64,000 nucleotides of DNA from Eledone cirrhosa (GCA_964016885.1 OZ024740.1:66526001-66590000); one strand, 5' to 3'. Shown: positions 1 through 11,804, numbered from the stretch's first letter. Notes: a model not told the origin generated them from the sequence alone. Program-made: numbers and translations.

Positions 1-965
1 TTAACACTATAGACGAGAGAGCCCAAATTCTCCACTCACACTATGCTAAACCCATGGCCTCCAAATACCTGATACTCAAAAACTCAGCAATGTCCAGTAG
101 TGCTAAGTTTAATATTCTGATCGCAGATTTGGTACGAGTGATGAAGAATGTGTCCAGCATGTGCGACCCAGCAGAAATGGAAGGACACATCCAACACTTC
201 ATCAACCGCATGCAGTTCTCTGGCTACAACCAAAGAGACAGAGTCAGAGTATACGAAGGAGCCATGGAAAAATATAAGACCCTCATAGAACTGGACATGA
301 AAGGAATTTTCCCACTATACAGGAGCAAATCATGGAATAGCTTAGATAGGGCTAGACATAAGATAGGGAAGGCCACATCATGGTACGACAACCAGAGATA
401 TCAGAGTGTCATGTTTGTGGATGCCACCCCTGGAGGGAAATTAGCTAACCAGTGTAGAAAGGCCCTGAGAAAGACCCACTTAAAAATAAAGGTGGTACAA
501 AAGCCAGGAACCACCATAAAATCCCTGATCAGCAAAACCTACCCTTTTAAGAAAACCCACTGTACTAATAGGAAATGTATCATATGTAAGGTGAACCCCC
601 GGATAAACTGTAAAACCAGAAACGTAGTCTATAGCATAAGATGTACAGAGGGTACTTGCAGAAACATGACAACAACATACATAGGTGAGACAGCTCGTAG
701 CATAGGTGAAAGGATAGACCAACACTGGGGGGAACTAAAAGGACGAAAAAACGGATCAGTACTATACGAACATGCTAGACAACAACACGACGGTAACATA
801 GACAACATAGAAATTAGAATAATATCTAAACATAGGAATGACCCAGCAGATAGGCAAATCAGAGAGGCCAGTGAAATAGAAATTAGAAGACCAAAGCTAA
901 ACAGAAAGAATGAGTGGAACAACAACAACACCCAAACAAACAACACTGACCTAAGAGAAGTATAA
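1..965 (+). mobile_element. Penelope-like retroelement ORF, C-terminal part (RT thumb + GIY-YIG endonuclease); frame open to the window edge
   Basis: Frame is open from nt 3 (NTIDERAQILHSHYAKPMAS...). Motifs: FSGY, SVMFVDATPGG, Cys linker CTNRKCIIC, GIY-YIG NVVYSIRC...TYIGETARSIGERIDQH, LYEH...H, RQIREA...PKLN. Confidence 0.92.
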
Positions 966-1490
966 ATAAGTAAATAAAATTAAATAAAATAAGATAAATA
1001 AATACATACACAAGCACATAAACACACACTAGTCACCCAGCAGACACAACACTATACACACTAGTCACACATCACACATAACACTATACACACACGCAAA
1101 CGCATGCGCAAAGAAGACAAAATAAAATAAGATAAACAAACAAGCAAATAAATAAATAAATATATAGACAGACTGAACAAAAAAAAAATGGCGTAGACAT
1201 ACAACACAACAGGAGGAACAATGAATATAACACCACTGACGATGTTGCAGATGTGCAACGAAAGATTTATGTAAATTATGTAAACTATATATATGAGTTT
1301 GTGTCTATATTGTATCTGTATTATTTTTGACCGCCGGTCAGTCAATGGCAACATTGAGGACCGAGTAAGTTAGATCGCAGATATATATATATAAAAGACA
1401 GCGAGAAGCGAAAACCAACCAAACAGTGAGTGTGTTCTGTTATTAATTCTGGCAATATTACGCAAATATGACCCTCCCCAAATATAACAA
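966..1490 (+). repeat. 3' pseudo-LTR (pLTR) of the upstream Penelope element, with a partial hammerhead core at 1236-1263
   Basis: Directly follows the PLE stop codon. Contains CTGACGA-T-GTTGCA-gatg-TGCAAC-GAAA and ends in ...ATGACCCTCCCAAATATAACAA. A homologous solo copy lies at 13550-13980. Confidence 0.7.
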
Positions 1491-1506
1491 TATATGTATA
1501 TATATT

Positions 1507-1590
<84 letters not shown>

Positions 1591-1593
1591 CAC

Positions 1594-1624
<31 letters not shown>

Positions 1625-1707
1625 TTTATATATATACACATATATATATATATGTATATATATTTATATATATACACACATATATATATATATATATGTA
1701 TATACAC

Positions 1708-1786
<79 letters not shown>

Positions 1787-1794
1787 TATATATA

Positions 1795-1890
<96 letters not shown>

Positions 1891-1915
1891 CACACATACA
1901 CATATATATATATAT

Positions 1916-1954
<39 letters not shown>

Positions 1955-1962
1955 TATATATA

Positions 1963-2010
<48 letters not shown>

Positions 2011-2017
2011 CATATAT
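1491..2017. repeat. Compound (TA)n microsatellite with CA/TG interruptions
   Basis: Directly visible dinucleotide array. Confidence 0.97.
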
Positions 2018-2625
2018 GGTGGCTGCCAACCCGTTTTCGAGTACGGCCACTACTTTACATCCATGTAGGAGAACCCCTACCGATGCGCTGAACGAGTGTG
2101 ACTTTTTAGTCCAACCAGTGACTTGAAAACTCTGGTACAAACACTACACTTGTGACAATTATTGACACATAGAGCTGGGCCCATGGTACCATGTGACGAC
2201 AAGTGCAGAGAGATCTCCAGATATAAAGCAATGCCTGTGCCGTGAAGCTTTTATAGTGAGCAAAGGCACTGCACAAAGCCAGTCCCACTCTCTTAACCAA
2301 GATGATATTTACCAAAAAGAATAACAAGTCAACATCATTGGATACCATCAGGGTTGCAGGTTTTATATCAGAGTTTTCTTTCTCCTAGAATTCTGCCTTG
2401 ACAAAGGCTAAGGGGTCATCTCTCCCGGTGATTTTGGATGGCCATTGACTCTTAAGAGCTCCTTTGCCTTTTGCCAGGTATTGTTTTTAGTCCTGCAGGA
2501 TGTCCAAAGTCACCCTCCTCACCAAGAAACCTTGGTGGGCTTGCCAGTTTAGTCACCAACGACCCGACCATGAGACAGGTTGTACTGGGATACATTCTAC
2601 CAGTAGCACCAACTGGTGACCTGAC
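2018..2625 (-). mobile_element. Non-autonomous RTE-LINE derivative (5'UTR joined to 3' end), copy 1
   Basis: Nearly identical to 43674-44256. The minus strand encodes an RTE-like terminal C2H2 finger ([22 protein letters not shown]) followed by a short 3'UTR. No EN or RT sequence. Confidence 0.7.
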
Positions 2626-2830
2626 ATATATACATATATACCTGTATGTATATATACAATAACAGAAATACACAGATACATGCGAATACATACATATACA
2701 TGCATATACACACATATGTCCCTGAATTTGTGTGGTGCCAACCATAACCGTTGTTGCTCTATGATTAATAGGCACAAAATAATCTGAATGAATTAGATTG
2801 ACTCAATATCAGAGCTATATAATATATTAT

Positions 2831-3299
2831 AAAGAAAGAAGAAACATTAGACATAAATAAAATAATATATATACCCAATATTCATCGACATCCTCGACTT
2901 CGCAGTTTCGTGGCTACTATGCAAAAACATTACATCATAGAGATGCAATATTTTTGTGAGGTTTGCCAACTTATCAAGAGAATACCTCATTTAAAGTTTC
3001 CAAACACGTCCTCAAGGCGTGAGAGATAATCCTGGAAAGGCGGAGGGGGAACTTATCACGTGATACAACTGTCAACAAACAGAGTTAAGCCTCTTACAAC
3101 CAAGAGAAAAATATCACAAATACCGGAGGGGGTATTAATATCTAAGCTACAGACGAGGTGGCTAGAAGTGTAAATAGTGTAAGCTTGACAGTTATGATGT
3201 AATGTTTGTGAATAGTAGCCATGAAACTGCGCAGTCGAGGATGACGTAGAATATTGGGTATATATATATTTTTTTATTCATGTCTAATGTTTCTTCTTT

Positions 3300-3303
<4 letters not shown>
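2831..3303. repeat. Foldback element with ~110 bp inverted arms and a degenerate hammerhead (about 3148-3242, +)
   Basis: Arms 2831-2939 and 3193-3303 are reverse complements. The right side reads CAGACGA-G-GTGGCTA...TAGCCAT-GAAA-CTGCGCAG-TC. Confidence 0.75.
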
Positions 3304-3342
<39 letters not shown>

Positions 3343-4051
3343 GAGAGAGAGAGAGATAGATTATAATATTATATATAAATTATACATATATAAATTTAGG
3401 TATTGTAAAATTTAATTATTGTTGGTTCACCAAAATGAGCACACGATGCGTAGTTTAGTTTCGAGTATGTACTTTGGGTTTGTACTAATCAGAGTGTGAT
3501 AGTAATAATAAGTGTAGACGAGGTGTCAAAGGTTTATTAAATCTATTCAGGTGCGACGCGTGTTCTGCGATTGATCATCTCAAGTTTCGATCTGTATCGA
3601 TTTGGCCCGACACTGGAATCAAAATCTCTTCAGACTTCTCTTTGCTTAACGATGGAAAGTTTCACGTGCATCTTTTAAAAATATATCCGTTCTCATTTAT
3701 TTGGGGGTGGTCAGTTGGTTGTTTTGATTGGTTGTTTCTGGAAGAAAAAATGCGAAAGTGTAGATGGGAGAAATATATTGAGAAAATGAATGTATGGTAG
3801 AGGGTAAATCTTACGGTAAACGTGGCGATGGAAAGAGGTGTATACTATTTTAATAGTGAACAGATTGACGCGTATTGGGTGATATTACCTGTAGAGGTAA
3901 GATTTAAGGAAGGATGAGAGGCAAAGGGAGGGAGAGAGTGGCAAGGGGCGGATGGTTGTTAAAAAAATATCCTGTATTTCGGAGACATTGAGGCGATAGA
4001 CGATACAGACAAAAGTAAGTATAAGTGAGGGTGAAAATAAAGAAGTATAAA

Positions 4052-4212
4052 TAATTGTTTCTACTTTTGGCACAAGGCCAGCAATTATTTCAATACATTA
4101 ATGGTACTTTATTTTATCGACTTTTTAAGGATGAAAGGCAAAGTGTAACCTCGAAGGGATTTGAACTCAGACTGTAGTGGGAAGTAACTATGCTGGAAAG
4201 CTTGGCGTCTGA
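4052..4212 (-). mobile_element. tRNA-derived SINE, 5'-truncated copy
   Basis: B-box GAGTTCAAATCC, central CTTTGCCTTTCATCCTT...GTCGATAAAA domain and tail GGCCTTGTGCCAAAAGTAGAAACAATT, shared with the copy at 53736-53922. Confidence 0.85.
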
Positions 4213-4509
4213 AGTATAAATAATAGACGTTAAAAGCTGACAAATACAATGGAGCACATGAATAAACAAACAATTAAATAAATATATACAACTATTTGGG
4301 GAGTGATTAAATGGAATATATGTATAACATGGAATAACATAGAATAAGTAAAATTTATAAAGCGCGACATATAACATAATATATAACGCATAATATGTAA
4401 ATGAAACATGATATAAAAACGTGATGTAAGACGTATAATGTTGCGAATTATACGGTAATAATTTTTGTTTAGCAAGATTTCTTATCTGAAAACGTGTTTT
4501 GAAACATAT

Positions 4510-4760
4510 ATTGTTAAACTTTGGGAGGGTCATGTTGCCAATAAAAATACACACACCTGAGGTTTTCACTTCAATTTATTACACATTTTCTGTTGGTTGG
4601 TTCAATAGCCGGTTGTTTTCTTATTTATTGTCAAAGCTCTTTTGTCACATATTCTGTGAGCCCCTCAATAACTGTTTCCTTATTTTGTTTCGCTCCTTTG
4701 TTCTGTCTTACACCAAACAAGATGTTGTATACACCAATACAATCATTCAGATTCCACTTT
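4510..4760 (-). repeat. Penelope pLTR-like repeat (related copies at 12797-12960 and 54422-54670)
   Basis: Begins TTGTTAAACTTTGGGAGGGTCATGTTGCCAATAA, the near reverse complement of the pLTR end at 1468-1490. Internal similarity to 54422-54670. Confidence 0.6.
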
Positions 4761-5687
4761 GAAGGAAAAGCTTAATTGCATTCTATTAGGTTGTTTATTT
4801 TCAATCCATTCATCAGGTCTGTTCTACCCTAGAGATTCAGTGCATACTTCGTACTACGGATGTTATGAAGTTGAATTAATGACTTAACTTAATAGTTGGG
4901 CCAGGGCGTTATTCTGGTCATTATGTTTTTTGTTGTATTGTTTCCTAATGGAAAAGAATGGTTTAACTGATCGGAGAAATGACGTAATGTTTCTATTGGT
5001 TTTTCTTGGGCTGATACTAACTGTCATTCGTAATTGCTGCCAGAAGCTGGCAAGATTTGAACAAACAATGTGCTGAGCCCTATAAATGCATCTCTCCTCT
5101 CTTTGACGATTCCGCAAATCCACCGGCGAAGGGCTAGTAATTTAATCATCAACTCCGAAATGATGAAAATCATATTTCGGCTTTGCGGAATTTGAAATCA
5201 CAGTGCACTGATTCAGAACAAAACGGAGGAATTTAATTAATGACCGAAGATATCTGCCAATTCAGAGTCCAGTGAATAGTTTTGCTATAATCGTAGCCAA
5301 CGTAAATTGGACGAAGTCGGTTTCAGTTATATATGTGATATTTTTATGCTTGTAGTTAGTGGGTTTTGGTTTTCGTGTTTACACTTCGACAGCTAAAGTT
5401 TGTTTTATAACATCATAAAAGAAATCACGAGTCGATTATATTCAACATGAAAGAGGGAGTAAGATTATATTTCAACAGTCAATCTGGTGGTTTGAAGTTT
5501 CGACTACACACTAAACTATTGCGGCTCTATTGATTTCCTCCTCTTTTAAACATATAGGTTTAGATGGAATATCTATTGATCTGGATCTGAAGGGTTATCT
5601 GCAATACTTTTATATTCACCAGTCTTTGTTCCCGTAAACATGTAAACACACGAACTCACACGGACACACACACATACGCACCCCCAC

Positions 5688-5873
<186 letters not shown>

Positions 5874-6820
5874 TAAATGATTCGATACATAGATAAATGT
5901 AGATATTGAGAGGTATGTTATGGATATTGAAAGAATGGCTGCATAACATTAGTAGTATAATTATATATGAAATAAATAGCACAATGGGGCATATGATGAG
6001 GTGATGAAAAAGACAAGGACGTACGAAGGCTAAAGTGAATGGTAATAAATATATTTATATAGATTTCATTGTTCAGCTAATTTCATGAGGTATTCGTATT
6101 ACGATTTTGCGATGAGAGATAGCCTCGTGAATTGCATATGGCGTAGGGTGCATAGTCTCAGGGGATGTCAGCCTAAATGTTGAGAAAAAATAAAACTTTT
6201 CAGATTCTCTCCTTTTTTATTTTAGGGATGTATATACTTTCCTCCATCGTATAAATGTCAACTTTGCCTGCACACGTGATGTGCTTGAAATATAAATGGT
6301 AGAATTTCCTTTGGTTCAAGTATGTAAATTATGTTTTGTACAGGATTATTTGTTAAATATAAATGTCATAGATGACGTGTAGGCCATTTCAGCTGCAGTA
6401 TTCTGAGTGCTGAGTGGTGTTATATACGGCAGTTATTCGCAAATCGTTTACTATCAAGGAGGATTTTTGTTTGACAGAATACTCCTAGGGACCCCACTCC
6501 AAGAATTCTATGCTTCGATAATGATAATTAAAAGCAAGTGATTTATTATACTTAGAGAATAATGAATACCCGACAAGTTGTGTAATTCTTTTTTTTAACA
6601 AATTCCCTGGAATTTTGACGAGAGATTACGGTGTCCACTCAACTAACCGCTATGATGCAGGTAAATTATGGGGTCGATAAAATGCGATTTGAGACATGAC
6701 GGTTATACTGCGTGTATAAAATAGAGTATTGATTGTGCGACGGTTTAGAACAAGCCACCAAAAAGTTAAAAGAGAATTATTGACTCTGTGTATGTGTGGG
6801 CGGATATATACTGGGACACA

Positions 6821-6897
<77 letters not shown>

Positions 6898-7133
6898 GTT
6901 TGTTTGTATTTGTGCGTACATGTGTATGTGTATATGTGCGTGTATATTCGGGTGGCCCTTGTTTTTCAACTTTCTAAAAGTTTAGCTCACAGCCCCTATC
7001 TTGTTCCAATTAACAAAACACCAATCTATGCAAAATTTATTTTAGCTCAAGGGGACAACTGCAAGTCGACCCACTCAACTGTCAACCACCGTATGTGGTT
7101 GACAGCTGAGAGAAATGAGTACTCAGTATTGAG

Positions 7134-7206
<73 letters not shown>

Positions 7207-7306
7207 AATATAATATTTATATATACTCTCCTTACTATCCATGCTTTCATATTTGTCCTTGCTCCCCCTTTCTCATTGTATTTGTATATAAACAAGTACA
7301 TAGATA

Positions 7307-7545
7307 CAAGGAGAAAGGGAGAGCAAGGAGGAAAGGAGAGTAAGGAGAAAAGGAGAACAAGTAGAGCTATGAGAAGAGGAGAGCAAAAAGAGCAATGAGA
7401 AAAGGAGAGAAAGGAGAGAGAGGATAAAAGGAGACCAAGGAATGTAAGGAGAGCAATGAGAAAAGGAGAGCAAGGAGAGGGTAAGGCAAATATTGCTCAA
7501 GTTATGCTGGAAACAGAGAAAGGTGAAGAAGACGAAGAAGAAGGA
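7307..7545. repeat. Purine-rich degenerate tandem repeat (GGAGAGCAA/GAGAAAAGGA units)
   Basis: Repeated AGAGCAATGAGAAAAGGAGAG motifs on a nearly pure A/G strand. Confidence 0.7.
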
Positions 7546-7795
7546 GTTGCCTGTATGTGTCCACACAAATTTCTCTAAGAAGAAAAAAAGAAAATGGTCG
7601 AGATACGGAACACTATACCGCTTTTGAACAGAATTAAACGTTGCGTATACTATGTTCCAACTTCCAAGGCGTTGGAGGGTCGCCTAACAGTTGCAATTGT
7701 GCACACCCCGTGTTGTGGTTGATTGAAATAGGATTAGGAGGTGGGGGAAGCAAAATTTAACTTTCAGAAAATTACCTATTGCTAAGTGCCAGCCT

Positions 7796-7826
<31 letters not shown>

Positions 7827-8754
7827 TTCTGTGTGTTTTTAGTGTGTAGGTTTTGAAATAATTACTGGGTTAAATAAATCAAATAATTACAAGCATACAT
7901 TACGATGATTGTGCCAAACAAACATAGTGTTATCTAAAAATGCATATATATTTTCTTCTTATGCAGATATTGAATGTTATATTTGCAAGTTTAAATATGT
8001 ATGTATTTTCAATCTGTTAGCTCATCCATTATTCATCATCTATCTACAAATGTCGATTGTTGTGTTGCGTACATTTTAATAGTTAATAAAATTAATAAAC
8101 TGTGTCAGTAATATCACAATTAATAAAATGTGTCGGTAATATCACAAAACATCCTTCGTCTGAACTCTTCCGACAATTCTAACCCCTATATACCAGGTTC
8201 CCTAGCAAACCAATATATAAGTCTGAATTGACCTTTAACTGTTTTTCGAATCTCAAGTTTTATTAAATCAAACCTCACACAATATTTAATACTCTTGTTC
8301 ATATAAGTTTTAGTTATTTTAGACGAGATTCTCTTTAAAATTTCCATTATGTCTACATATCGTGTAAATATAAAATTATATCAAATGACTACGAATATGT
8401 CTTCGAATTAGAAAAAAGGTTGTGTGAGTAGTTAGGCAGATGAAAACTAGGAGAGATACTGTTTACTCTTTTTCAGTACGCAATATCTGCACAGGATTTA
8501 GACTATGTTCATCTTATAACGTAATTCGTGAATATTTTTGATGAGAGGTTAACGAATGTTGAAGCATCTATGTGACATTTTCACCGGCAGTGATATTATC
8601 GGGCACTGTTCACCGAACATTCAGAGTGGGTTTACTTATCTTCCATAGCGAGGCTCGTCTTTGTTTATCGTACATAAACATAAGGTGTGCTTTTTTATAT
8701 ACACCCAATTCATATATATATATGTATATAAAACACAATGTAAGTATGACACGT

Positions 8755-8787
<33 letters not shown>

Positions 8788-9383
8788 AATATATATATAT
8801 ATAGATATATGTATATACATATGTATATGTATATATATATATATTCATATGTATATATGTGTGTGTATGTATCTATATATATGTGTGTGTATCTATCTAT
8901 ATATATGTGTACGTATCTATCTATATATGTGTGTCTGTGTACGGTTGCATATTTACATTGATATATCAGTTGTGCCAGGGCGAGAAATACATTTCTAATT
9001 TCATTTTTAATATTTCGCAAGGCCAGACTTAACACCCTGTATGCAAATTAGTCTACTCAGCCGATGTGTACTTAAAAAATACTATATATTTTCGACCGTT
9101 CAACATATGAAAAAGAGGTATAAATTCCGGATGAAGGTTAAAGATCCAGGAACATGTCGATTGTTCCTTAAAGCCAGTGTTGAACAAACAGGTGATGATC
9201 GGTCACTGGTACGGCACAGCTTCAAATCGGGTAGTTTCTTTACAAACTGATCGAACATTATTATTGTTCGATATAACCCATTACGTACATATATATACAC
9301 ATATATGTATATATATATATATGTATATTTATGTGTGTGTATATATACATATATATATATAATTATATATGTAAGTATACATA

Positions 9384-9468
<85 letters not shown>

Positions 9469-9477
9469 TATATATAT

Positions 9478-9673
9478 AACGAAGGAGTTGTGGTAAGGAA
9501 CCAGATGGACCGTAACGCACCAGAGTACTCAATACTTAGGGTAGTAGAATGGGTAATAGGAAAATATATGACCTCGACGGCAGAGCTCAAACCGTTTTGA
9601 CGGGTATTTCAGAAACAGCCGTCGAAATAGCCATCGAAACGGCTTGAGCTCTGCCGTCGGCGTCATAGATTTT

Positions 9674-9678
<5 letters not shown>
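9478..9678. repeat. Short interspersed repeat ending in a foldback (arms about 9557-9603 and 9631-9678); relatives at 23825-23895 and 56492-56684
   Basis: ATAGGAAAATATATGACCTCGACGGCAGAGCTCAA pairs with TTGAGCTCTGCCGTCGGCGTCATAGATTTTCCTAT. The segment GGACC..AACGCACCAG.GTACTCAATACTTAG is shared with 56520-56560. Confidence 0.75.
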
Positions 9679-9722
<44 letters not shown>

Positions 9723-9725
<3 letters not shown>

Positions 9726-11327
9726 ACGATGGATCTTACTGGATCAACAAGAAATCTCAGACCCCATTTGACGTTAGCATGGGGGCAAGTGACTCGGCTG
9801 AAATTAGCGACCTTGTGGGCCTGTACATCCTACATCACCTGAAGAACCTCTTTACCGGCCTAACCGGAGGTTTATACCGAGACGGCGGCCTCTTCGCCCT
9901 GCATAAGGTTAACCCCAGAACCACCGATGGGTTTCGGAAAAACTTAAGCTCTTTCTTCTCTAATCTAGGATTTAGTATAACTATAGAATCTAATTTGACT
10001 AGGGCCAACTTCTTAGATGTCACTCTCGACCTAAATACTTACCTCTATTACCCGTACCACAAACCTAACGAGTCCCTTAAATATATTAATGTTAATTCAA
10101 ACCAACCCCAAAACATCACTGATAACCTAGTAAAAAGCGTCTCTATTGGAATATCTGGCCTCTCCGCCAACAAAGATATTTTTAATGCATCTGCCTCCTA
10201 CTACAATGACGCCCTCGCCCGTAGCGGATTTAAAGATAAGATAACTTACCTAGAAACCACCGCAAGATTGCAGAGGAGGAATAGACATAGGCAGATTAGC
10301 TGGTACAACCCTCCCTTCAATAGAGAGGTATCTACTCCGATAGCTAGGATTTTCTTCACTTTGCTGAAATTACACTTCCCCATACAACATAGGTACCACA
10401 TCATCTTTAATAAGAACACAATAAGACTGTCTTACTCCACCACACCTAACCTAGCTAGGAATATAGCCAACCACAATTCTAAAAAAATAAATATGCCAAC
10501 CACCTCCGAACCCAATCCCCGGACTGGGGCTCTATGTAATTGCCTAAATAAGGAAGCATGACCACTTGAAAACAAATGCCTCACAAATGATATCGTATAC
10601 AAATGCGATGTCATCTCAGGCACCGAGGATTGCAAAAAAACTTACATCGGCATGACCTCCAACAACATTAAGACCCGTTGGTATGCCCATACCCACTCCT
10701 ACAGTAGACCGGACAAATCTAATCAGACAACACTCGCCTCCTACGTTTGGGACCTCAAAAGGAACTCCACCCCCTTCACGCTTAAATGGAAAATAATCCA
10801 GAAAGCGCGCTCTTACAACGGAGGACACAAGGGCTGCGACCTTTGTATTTCAGAGAGCTACGAAATTTTATTCGCCAAGGGCCCGCCACTGAACAAACTC
10901 TCTGAACACTGCCCGAACTGCATGCACAAGAACTTTGCAACTTTCAAACACTTTAAGCCAGGGTTAAAGCTCGATGGCTAAAAACGACCTTCCCCTATTG
11001 GCCCCTATACCTCCTTCCCACCCTACCCCCACCCCTCCTCAACCTGAAATACCGCCACTATGGTTATGTGAGTATGCCATCCGGAACCTGTTTATAGAAT
11101 TCTGTCTGCCTTTGTTACTCTAAAAACAAAAATTAATAAAAATAAACTATAGCTTTGTAGAATTAGCTTTTAATGAATTCCCTTTTCTATCAACCAATGA
11201 CCTACACCCATCCCACTCCCCCACCCTCTCCTACCACTTGTACCATATTTATTTGTTGATACCCAGATTCCTGGTGATTTCTAAGGAATGAAACAGTTCT
11301 AGTCCTGTAGAATCTCATCTATATTAA

Positions 11328-11330
<3 letters not shown>
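9723..11330 (+). mobile_element. 5'-truncated Penelope-like element, Naiad-like (RT + GIY-YIG in one frame 9723-10981, single in-frame TGA at 10559-10561), with 3' UTR/pLTR
   Basis: RT motifs FDVSMGASDSAEISDLVG, GLYRDGG (YRDD altered), NFLDVTLDL, YHKP, WYNPPF. Linker CNCLNKEA*PLENKC. EN motifs IVYK...TYIGMT...KTRWYAH and CDLCISE. The ORFs at 9644 and 10652 are in the same frame. Confidence 0.9.
11265..11315 (+). ncRNA. Type I hammerhead ribozyme in the PLE 3' region (one core substitution)
   Basis: AGATTC-CTGGTGA-t-TTC-taag-GAA-t-GAAA-CAG-ttctagtc-CTG-TA-GAATCT. Stem I is 6 bp, stem III is 4 bp, cleavage triplet is GUA. The core reads CUGGUGA instead of CUGAUGA. Confidence 0.75.
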
Positions 11331-11363
<33 letters not shown>

Positions 11364-11749
11364 TGCTATCCAGGAGCACAGCACTTCAAATTAAAACCAG
11401 CAGGCTACCGATCCGTATGCAAATGATTTACATCAGCTCATATACTTTAGCCGCTATCTATAAGGTCCTGCTTGTTTTAACCTTAGCGAGAAACGATGCA
11501 CTGTCGATTATTTCCACTTTGTTTGGTGAGGTTAAGTGTGTGACGTTTGTCACAATTTTAAATATTGATAGCGAAAGGCCCTAAAATATTTATTTCATAA
11601 ACATCCCCTGTATTATTCAATACATAATACGTACATTCATAAATAAACCACCTTACAGGACCACAAATACAATATATCTCTATATATATATTTATACTTA
11701 ATATAGAAATGACTTCTACAGTGCTAGAATTGTTTCATTCCGGGATAAA

Positions 11750-11804
<55 letters not shown>

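Noticed and set aside
1342-2140. Long YIYIYI ORFs here and at 23760-24220, 43050-45220 and 53121-53441; also HTHT/CVCV/SLSL ORFs
   Set aside because: They are translations of stop-free dinucleotide microsatellites, not genes.
9644-9722. Annotated start of the 305-aa ORF
   Set aside because: The first ~26 codons come from a foldback arm and a (TA)n tract; PLE homology begins only at ~9723.
10982-11260. SECIS element downstream of the Naiad-like ORF (RTGA at ~11068, ~11173 and ~11197)
   Set aside because: I could not pair helix II with a 3' GA quartet by eye; not called without SECISearch3.
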